Shown: one piece after another, positions 57,411-64,000 of the stretch
Layout: each line of letters starts with the position of its first letter
How positions within the stretch are numbered: position 1 is the first letter of the stretch
Assembly: GCA_965204725.1 (NCBI GenBank)
Contig: OZ242005.1
Location: forward strand, 4,064,001 to 4,128,000
From: Candidatus Latescibacterota bacterium
GTDB taxonomy: Bacteria > Latescibacterota > UBA2968 > UBA8231
Direction: 5' to 3'
DNA length: 64,000 nt
The notes under the pieces: model-generated
Databases searched by the model: none
What the model saw: only the letters and a program-made list of their open reading frames with translations
Told to the model about the DNA's origin: nothing
Program-made: the position numbers and the translations under genes

Positions 57411-58543
57411 GCAACGACTTCCATCCCTCCACTTTCGCACCGCCTCTCGTGTGGGCGCGTCTCATTCTGGCCAATCGCGGTGTGCCCAAGCCGTATTGGG
57501 GCAAGCTCGCGCGGATTCTGATCGCCGCCACCCTAGCCACGCCGTTGCGCCTTGCGGAATGGTTGCTGTATTCCCGGCAAATCGCCAGCACAAAAATTGA
57601 ACACGCGCCCTTGTTCGTCGTTGGGTTCGGGCGCTCCGGCACGACGCACTTGCAGAATCTGCTCGCGCAAGACCCCACCTACGGATATGTATCTACCTAT
57701 CAGATTATGACATCGACCTTTTCGCTGGTCGGGCAGGGATGGTTGAAACGCCTGATGGAAAAGGGTCTGGCGGAGATGGGCGCGCAAACTCGGCCAATGG
57801 ACAACGTGAAAGTCGATCTAGATACGCCGCAAGAAGAAGATGCGGCACTCGCTAGCTCCAGTGTTCAGTCCGCTATCCACCACCTCACTTTTCCGCAACA
57901 GCGTTGGCGGTTGTATGAAAAGTACGTGCTGATGGGCGCGGACCCCGAGGGCGAGCGTCTGACGGCAAGGGAACTGCGCCAGTGGGAGCGGGCGTACCTG
58001 CGCGTCTTGCAGAAGACGACGATCCACAACGGCGGCAAGCGACTCCTATTAAAAAATGTGCTCAACATCGGCCGGGTTGATCACCTGCTGCGCCTCTTTC
58101 CCGACGCCAAGTTCATTCACATCGTGCGCAATCCATACAACTTGTACCCGTCGCTCCTGCATCTGTACCGCGAGTTGCTGCACGTGTATCAACTCGATGA
58201 CTACGACTGGTCGGAAATAGAGTCGTTTGTCACCGAGACCTATCCGCGCTTGATGCAGAAGTACTTGGCGGATCGCACTATGATTCCGGCCGGCCATCTG
58301 GCGGAAGTGCGCTTTGAGGATCTAGAGCGCGACCCCCTAGGCGAACTGGCGCGGCTCTACGCCGAGCTCGACCTGCCCGACTGGGAAAACGCCCAGACCC
58401 ATATCGCCGCGTACCTCAAGACCATCGCCGATTATCGCAAGAACGCGTTCCGAATCGATCCAGCGATTATTGAGCGGGTAGGGGAAAAATGGCGGTTCGC
58501 CTTAGAAGAATGGAACTATCAACCGCCGAGCGGCGACGCCTAA
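57407..58543 (+). CDS. PAPS-dependent sulfotransferase, copy 2
   Basis: Same motifs; ATGA overlap with copy 1. Confidence 0.9.
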   Translation: MSNDFHPSTFAPPLVWARLILANRGVPKPYWGKLARILIAATLATPLRLAEWLLYSRQIASTKIEHAPLFVVGFGRSGTTHLQNLLAQDPTYGYVSTYQIMTSTFSLVGQGWLKRLMEKGLAEMGAQTRPMDNVKVDLDTPQEEDAALASSSVQSAIHHLTFPQQRWRLYEKYVLMGADPEGERLTARELRQWERAYLRVLQKTTIHNGGKRLLLKNVLNIGRVDHLLRLFPDAKFIHIVRNPYNLYPSLLHLYRELLHVYQLDDYDWSEIESFVTETYPRLMQKYLADRTMIPAGHLAEVRFEDLERDPLGELARLYAELDLPDWENAQTHIAAYLKTIADYRKNAFRIDPAIIERVGEKWRFALEEWNYQPPSGDA

Positions 58544-58587
58544 AGAGCCACGCCGTGCTCACCGGCGTTCTGCCTGAGAGCTATGGC

Positions 58588-58616
58588 TTGACTTATCTCT
58601 GCAAACCTTCTATATA
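58588..58616 (+). promoter_or_regulatory. Possible sigma70 promoter for copy 3 and downstream genes
   Basis: TTGACT-17bp-TATATA. Confidence 0.3.
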
Positions 58617-58672
58617 CGAGACATCGGTCGCTGTTCCCCTATTCTTCTGTTGTTTCCAAGGGGAGAACGCCT

Positions 58673-59809
58673 ATGAGCAACGACTTCCATCCCTTCACTT
58701 TCGCACCACCGCTCGTGTGGGCGCGTCTCGTTCTGGCGAATCGCGGTGTGCCCAAGCCGTATTGGGGCAAACTCGCGCGGATTTTGATCGCCACCGCCCT
58801 GGCCACGCCCTTGCGCCTTGCGGAATGGCTATTGTATGCCCGACAAATCGCCAACACAAAAATTGAGCACGCCCCCTTGTTCATCTTGGGTTATGCGCGT
58901 TCCGGCACGACGCACTTGCAGAATCTGCTCGCGCAGGATCACACGTACGGATGCGTATCTACTTATCAGGCTGTGACGGCGACCTTTTCGCTGGTCGGGC
59001 AGGGACGGTTGAAACGCCTGATGGAAAAGGGCATGGAAGACATGGGCGAGCAAACCCGTCCGATGGACAACATGAAAGTCGGTCTGGACGCGCCGCAGGA
59101 AGAAGACGTGGCAATCGCCAACTCGAGTATTCTGTCCGTTATCCACCAACTTTCCTTTCCGAAACAGTGTTGGCGGTTGTTTGAAAAGTACTCGCTGATG
59201 GGCGCGGACCCCGATGGCGAGCGTTTGACGGCAAGCGAATTGCGCCGGTGGGAGCGGGCGTACTTGCGCGTCTTGCAGAAGACGACGATCCACACCGGCG
59301 GCCGGCAACTCCTCCTAAAAAATGTGGCCAACCTCGGCCGGGTTGACCACCTGTTGCGCCTCTTCCCCGACGCCAAGTTCATTTACATCGTGCGCAATCC
59401 ATACAACGTGTACCCATCGCTCATGAAGTTGCACCACTCCCTGCTTCCCCTGTATCAGCTAGACGACTACAACTGGTCGGAAGTGGAGGAGTTCCTCGTC
59501 GAGAGTTATGCGTGCGTGATGCAGAAGTACTTGGCGGACCGCGCTCTGATTCCGGCCGGCCACCTCGCGGAAGTGCGCTTTGAGGATCTAGAGCGCGACC
59601 CCCTCGGCGAACTGGCGCGGCTCTACGCCGAGCTCGACCTGCCCAACTGGGAAAACGCCCAGACGCAGATCGCCGCGTACCTCAAGACCATCGCCGATTA
59701 TCGCAAGAACGAGTTCCAACTTGAGCAAGCGATTATTGACCGAGTAGAGGAGAAATGGCGGTTCGCTGTAGAAGAGTGGAACTATCAACGACCGAGCGGC
59801 GACGCCTAA
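58673..59809 (+). CDS. PAPS-dependent sulfotransferase, copy 3
   Basis: FILGYARSGTTHL and IYIVRNPY motifs. Confidence 0.9.
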   Translation: MSNDFHPFTFAPPLVWARLVLANRGVPKPYWGKLARILIATALATPLRLAEWLLYARQIANTKIEHAPLFILGYARSGTTHLQNLLAQDHTYGCVSTYQAVTATFSLVGQGRLKRLMEKGMEDMGEQTRPMDNMKVGLDAPQEEDVAIANSSILSVIHQLSFPKQCWRLFEKYSLMGADPDGERLTASELRRWERAYLRVLQKTTIHTGGRQLLLKNVANLGRVDHLLRLFPDAKFIYIVRNPYNVYPSLMKLHHSLLPLYQLDDYNWSEVEEFLVESYACVMQKYLADRALIPAGHLAEVRFEDLERDPLGELARLYAELDLPNWENAQTQIAAYLKTIADYRKNEFQLEQAIIDRVEEKWRFAVEEWNYQRPSGDA

Positions 59810-59827
59810 ACCAACGGAAGGTGTGCA

Positions 59828-61810
59828 ATGGCCCTGCGATTTGCCGAAGAGTTACTGCTGCTCATCCTCAACGAGGATCGCGGCGATCTCGCCTTTGTTC
59901 CCGAGCCGCATCTGAACCTCGCACTCGCCGGGGCCGTGCTCATGGACTTGGTCCTTGAAAATCGGATTGACACGGATCTCGAAAAGCTCGTTTTGGTCGA
60001 TTCTACGCCGGTTGAAGACGACCTTCTGGACCCCACGCTGGCCGACATCGCACAAAACGCGGAAACGCACAATGCCGAATACTATGTGCGCCGCATCGCG
60101 CAAAACGGCGAGCAGATTCGCAACCTCGCGCTCGCTCGCCTGCTGAAAACCGGCATTCTGGCCTCTGCCGAGGAAGGGGCCATCGCTCTGGCGCGTGGGG
60201 TGGCGCGTTCCCGCCGCTATCCCATTGTCGAAGGCAAAGCCGTACAGGAAGTGCAACTGCGGATCATGCGCGTTCTGTTCAGCGACGACATACCCGACCC
60301 CCGCGACATCGTGCTCATCTGCTTGGCCGACGCCTGTGGCATATTCGAGAAAATCCTGTCGAAAGAAGAGTTGCAGGAGGCAAGCGAGCGCATCAATACC
60401 GTTTCGCGGCTGGATTTGATCGGGCGGGCCATCGCCGAGGCGGTGCGCGAATCCGCCCAAGCGTTGACCGCTCCGAGCGCAGTGGTCGCGCCCAAGCAGA
60501 TACCCATGGTCAAGGGATTGCCCATATTCGGCAGCGCACGGGAAGCCGCCAAGGACATCCGCGCCTTTCTGACGAAACAGTACTTGGAACTGGGGCCGGT
60601 GTTTGAAATCCGGATCCTCAATCAGAAGATACTGGTTCTCGCCGGCTCGGAAGCCAATCAGTTCGTCAATCGGAAGGGACGGTTCTTTTTTCGATCGTAC
60701 GAGCCTTATCGAGGGCTTAGCGATGGGCTTGACGCGTCTCGGATGATCCTCAACATGGATGGGCCGGAACACGTGCGATACCGTCAGGCTTTCGCCCCTG
60801 CCTTCTCGCGGGCGCGGCTCCAGAATCATCTCGACATCGCCAGCGACATTGCTCGGGGCCAAGTCAGGGCCTGGCCGCTCGATCAACCTATCCGGCCGCT
60901 CCATGCTTTACAACACATCATCGCCGATCAGATGGGCACGATTTTGTCCGGCACACCTGCGAGCACCTATTTGGAAGATTTGGTCTTCCTGCTCGAAACG
61001 TTGCTGAAGACCACGCTGTCGCAGCTTCCCATGTTTTTGTTCAGGCGCAGATTCAGGAAAGCGCGCCAGCGGCTCAAAGAACTGGCTCAAGAGACGCTGA
61101 AGGCCCATGAGCCCGGAGGGCCGCGTTGCGATGCCGGCGACTTGGTAAACGACATAATTGACCTCCACCGCTCGGACCCACAGTTCCTGCCCGAGACCGA
61201 CCTGATGGCTGTGGTGCTGGCCCCCTATCTGGTGGGTATTGAGACCGTCGCCACCACCTGCGCGTTCACGCTCTATGCCAGCCTCAAGCACCCGGATTTG
61301 CTGGCGCGGATGACGGCCGAGGCCGACGCTCTGTTCGCCGCGGGGGAGCATCCGACCGCAGAAAGTCTGCGCCAGCTCGACGTCACCCACCGGGTGGTGT
61401 TGGAATCGCTGCGGATGTATCCGGCCGCGCCCACCGTTTTCCGTACCGTATCAAACTCATTCGATTTTGCCGGCTACCACATTCCCGCTGGCCGGCTGCT
61501 GTTCGTGGCCACGACGGTGACGCATCGCTTGCCGGAGTATTTTCCCGATCCAGACCGCTTTGACATTAACCGCTACTTGCCCGAGCGCGCCGAGCACAGG
61601 CAGCCCAACGCCTATGTGCCTTTCGGCGTGGGCACCCACCGGTGTTTGGGGGCCAGTTTTGCCGAGATGCAGACCTTGCTAACGCTGGCGGCCATCCTGC
61701 GCGAGGCCGAGCTCGTCCTAGACCCGCCCGGTTACGAACTGAAAATGACGAATGTGCCGACGCCGCGGCCAGCAAAGAGCTTCAAGTTCAAGGTGGCGAG
61801 ACGGCGATAG
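59828..61810 (+). CDS. GPP34/GOLPH3-like domain fused to cytochrome P450
   Basis: N-terminal AEELLLL...LAGAVLMDL.L..RI; C-terminal GIET, ESLR (ExxR), PDRF and FGVGTHRCLG heme motif. Confidence 0.85.
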   Translation: MALRFAEELLLLILNEDRGDLAFVPEPHLNLALAGAVLMDLVLENRIDTDLEKLVLVDSTPVEDDLLDPTLADIAQNAETHNAEYYVRRIAQNGEQIRNLALARLLKTGILASAEEGAIALARGVARSRRYPIVEGKAVQEVQLRIMRVLFSDDIPDPRDIVLICLADACGIFEKILSKEELQEASERINTVSRLDLIGRAIAEAVRESAQALTAPSAVVAPKQIPMVKGLPIFGSAREAAKDIRAFLTKQYLELGPVFEIRILNQKILVLAGSEANQFVNRKGRFFFRSYEPYRGLSDGLDASRMILNMDGPEHVRYRQAFAPAFSRARLQNHLDIASDIARGQVRAWPLDQPIRPLHALQHIIADQMGTILSGTPASTYLEDLVFLLETLLKTTLSQLPMFLFRRRFRKARQRLKELAQETLKAHEPGGPRCDAGDLVNDIIDLHRSDPQFLPETDLMAVVLAPYLVGIETVATTCAFTLYASLKHPDLLARMTAEADALFAAGEHPTAESLRQLDVTHRVVLESLRMYPAAPTVFRTVSNSFDFAGYHIPAGRLLFVATTVTHRLPEYFPDPDRFDINRYLPERAEHRQPNAYVPFGVGTHRCLGASFAEMQTLLTLAAILREAELVLDPPGYELKMTNVPTPRPAKSFKFKVARRR

Positions 61811-61860
61811 CCCTAACGACAAGAGAGTTTTCACACCACTTCAACAGCGGATCAAAAGAG

Positions 61861-62745
61861 ATGAGACTGACAGCAGAGCAGATCGCAGAATTCAACACCC
61901 GCGGCGTCATCATCGCCCGGGCGGCGCTTACCCACGACGACTTGCAGCCGGCAATCGACGAGCTGTCGGCGTGGATCGACGAGCGGGCGCGGACGCTGCA
62001 CGCGGCGGGCGAAATAGCGGACCTGCACGAGGACGCCCCGTTTGCCACGCGCTACGGCTTGTTGTTCAAACAGTGCCCTGAGATCGGGCGCGGAATGGAC
62101 ATCATGCACTATCGGGGGCGGGCGATGTTCGAGTTATTGCTCAACGAAAACCTGCTCGACCTCCTCGAATCGCTCTTGGGTCCCGAACTGACCTGCAACC
62201 CCATTCAGCACCTGCGAGCCAAACCGCCGCAAGCCTACGAAAACCGCGAAGGCCCCTCTTTCCACAATGCGCCTTGGCACCAAGACGCCGGCGTGATGAT
62301 GCCCGAAGCCGAAGGCTCTGACGTGGTCACCTGCTGGCTGCCTTTGGCCGAAGCCACGGTAGAGACCGGCTGCATGGAGGTCTTGCCCGGGCTCGTCGAA
62401 ACCGGCTATCTCCGGCATTTGGCGGCCGGCGGCACCACCATTGCCCCCGAGGCCATGCCCCAAACTGAATCCATCCCCTTGGAATGCAGGCGCGGCGACG
62501 TGGTGCTCATGAGCCGCTTTACGCCTCATCGCTCCACCCCCAATTACTCCGATCAATGCCGTTGGTCGCTCGACCTGCGCTACCAGCCCACCGGCCAACC
62601 CACCGGCCGCACCGGCCACCCCGACTTCGTCGCCCGCTCCCGCCGCAACCCATCCAGCGAACTGACCGACCACGCCGAATGGTGCCGCTTGTGGATCGAC
62701 GCCTTTGAAAACCCACGCGGCGTTGTCGCGCACCGGGGGGAATAG
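61861..62745 (+). CDS. PhyH family dioxygenase
   Basis: APWHQD, ETGCM.VLPG and TPHRS.PN.S...RWS.DLRY motifs; ATG 61861. Confidence 0.9.
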   Translation: MRLTAEQIAEFNTRGVIIARAALTHDDLQPAIDELSAWIDERARTLHAAGEIADLHEDAPFATRYGLLFKQCPEIGRGMDIMHYRGRAMFELLLNENLLDLLESLLGPELTCNPIQHLRAKPPQAYENREGPSFHNAPWHQDAGVMMPEAEGSDVVTCWLPLAEATVETGCMEVLPGLVETGYLRHLAAGGTTIAPEAMPQTESIPLECRRGDVVLMSRFTPHRSTPNYSDQCRWSLDLRYQPTGQPTGRTGHPDFVARSRRNPSSELTDHAEWCRLWIDAFENPRGVVAHRGE

Positions 62746-62892
62746 GTTTCCGCCTCGCTCAAAAATTGCCGAAATTATGTCGAGTTTATTGGCTAGCCGC
62801 ATAATTATTGTTCATACTATTTATCAATAAAGCCTACGAACTCTCGCCATTTGGCCTTGACGACGCGCCAGCGTAAACCAAGGAGCAAAGTT

Positions 62893-63108
62893 ATGTCGCT
62901 ACCCAGTGGCAAAGACCTCGAACAACGTTACCGGCCTTTCTTTGAGAACAAAGCGATCCAAGATGTGGGCGATGCCCGCACTCCAAATGACGCCAAACCA
63001 GTCAATGAAGAAGCCATCCTCAAGTTTGTTCAGGATTCCGATGCTGCCCATGCCCAGTATGTGCGCTCGGCCTTTCAGCGGGTTGAAGAGTTGGATCAGG
63101 CGGACTGA
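62893..63108 (+). CDS. Small hypothetical protein (71 aa)
   Basis: AAGGAG SD before ATG 62893. Confidence 0.5.
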   Translation: MSLPSGKDLEQRYRPFFENKAIQDVGDARTPNDAKPVNEEAILKFVQDSDAAHAQYVRSAFQRVEELDQAD

Positions 63109-63146
63109 GCCGCGCATCCCAAACTCTGATCCGCAAAGGCGAGGTA

Positions 63147-63635
63147 ATGGCACTTACATGTTACCAAGAGAAAATTGCTAGGCGACAGAACTTGCTGGAA
63201 TTGACCTTTTCTGGTCTTCGAGAGCATTTAGGTTCGGATTTCGAGCACATCGAACTCAACAGAGCCGTTTTGCATAATGTGGTCCAAAGCTATTTCCACG
63301 ATGTAAATCGCCATAAGGATTTTCACGGGACCGAACGCGTCGACGAGATCAAGCAAGCGGCTTATACGATGAAATGGATCGCGAAACTTCGGCCGGTCCA
63401 GTTCAGTTGTCCAGAAGATGTTGTGAGCAAACCCATCCTATACGTCAATGAGGTATTCGCCATGCGAGGGGGGATGGCCTTCATGAAAATTTCCCCCGAC
63501 ATACTGCCTGAGCCACTTTACGACGACATGCTCTATACGTTGCGCTATCGGTCCGTAGATGAGCGAATCCTTTTCGCATGGTTGGCAACACTTCAATATG
63601 CCCTTGATGGCGATATTCCTCGTACCGAAAAATAA
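63147..63635 (+). CDS. Hypothetical helical protein
   Basis: GAGG SD; 162-aa ORF in AT-richer DNA. Confidence 0.65.
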   Translation: MALTCYQEKIARRQNLLELTFSGLREHLGSDFEHIELNRAVLHNVVQSYFHDVNRHKDFHGTERVDEIKQAAYTMKWIAKLRPVQFSCPEDVVSKPILYVNEVFAMRGGMAFMKISPDILPEPLYDDMLYTLRYRSVDERILFAWLATLQYALDGDIPRTEK

Positions 63636-63665
63636 AAGCTAACGCATCACCACAGCCGTAAACCA

Positions 63666-64000
63666 TTGTCAGAACAAGTCCAACGCAAAGGGCCGAGAGC
63701 ACATAGCCCGCTTTCGGTTATCAGCCTGTTTTTCGGCTTGGTCGAGATCGGTCTTGCATATAGTTCCGGCGTTTCTTCCGGCACCGTTCAGGTCGCAGTA
63801 TTGATCTTCATGGCATTGTTTGCCGTTGGCATCGCAGGGACTTTCTTTACGTTTCTGTGGAAACGCAACTGGGTTTTCTATCCCCCCTCGGATTTTCCAA
63901 GCGCATCTGTTGAAAGCTATGTGGCGGCGATGCGTGGGGGAACTGACCTGAATCTCAGCCGACTGACTGATAGCGTTGGGCTGGTCTTCGATGACGATTC
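63666..64000 (+). CDS. Two-TM N-terminal domain protein, truncated by window edge
   Basis: Open frame from TTG 63666: SPLSVISLFFGLVE...FFTFLWKRNWVFYPPSDF. Confidence 0.6.
   Translation, partial: MSEQVQRKGPRAHSPLSVISLFFGLVEIGLAYSSGVSSGTVQVAVLIFMALFAVGIAGTFFTFLWKRNWVFYPPSDFPSASVESYVAAMRGGTDLNLSRLTDSVGLVFDDD

Noticed and set aside
56274-59809. Diversity-generating retroelement template/variable repeat pair among near-identical repeats (also 37106/37977)
   Set aside because: No reverse transcriptase in the window. The sulfotransferase copies are whole genes, and the 92-bp repeat mismatches are synonymous, not diversifying.

Overview
GC-rich bacterial chromosome segment with about 55 supportable CDSs. 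I found no rRNA, tRNA or CRISPR array. The gene content suggests a host-associated, sponge-symbiont-like member of the FCB/Latescibacterota-type lineages (inference). That content includes five PhyH-type dioxygenases, three enolase-superfamily enzymes, three HpcH aldolases, PorV-like and FlgD/CTD-tailed secreted proteins, an Rpn nuclease, ankyrin and LRR proteins, and tandem sulfotransferases. The catabolic backbone is interrupted by several accessory inserts. (1) An AT-richer, translationally coupled three-gene operon (PD-(D/E)XK nuclease, unknown protein, AAA+-like P-loop ATPase; 46435-49663) is preceded by a decayed WYL/WCX regulator. It is the best candidate for an undescribed anti-phage system. 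(2) An Rpn gene with an internal antitoxin-type start sits between the two halves of a MITE. (3) A phage relic has a terminase nuclease fragment flanked by LRR and ankyrin genes and iteron-like repeats. (4) A DUF433/PIN toxin-antitoxin cassette is flanked by a 92-bp duplicated gene end that differs only at synonymous sites. (5) A deacetylase, three sulfotransferases, a GPP34-P450 fusion and a dioxygenase form a cluster. (6) Another AT-richer island begins at the right edge. All family calls come from motif recognition by eye; no database search was run.
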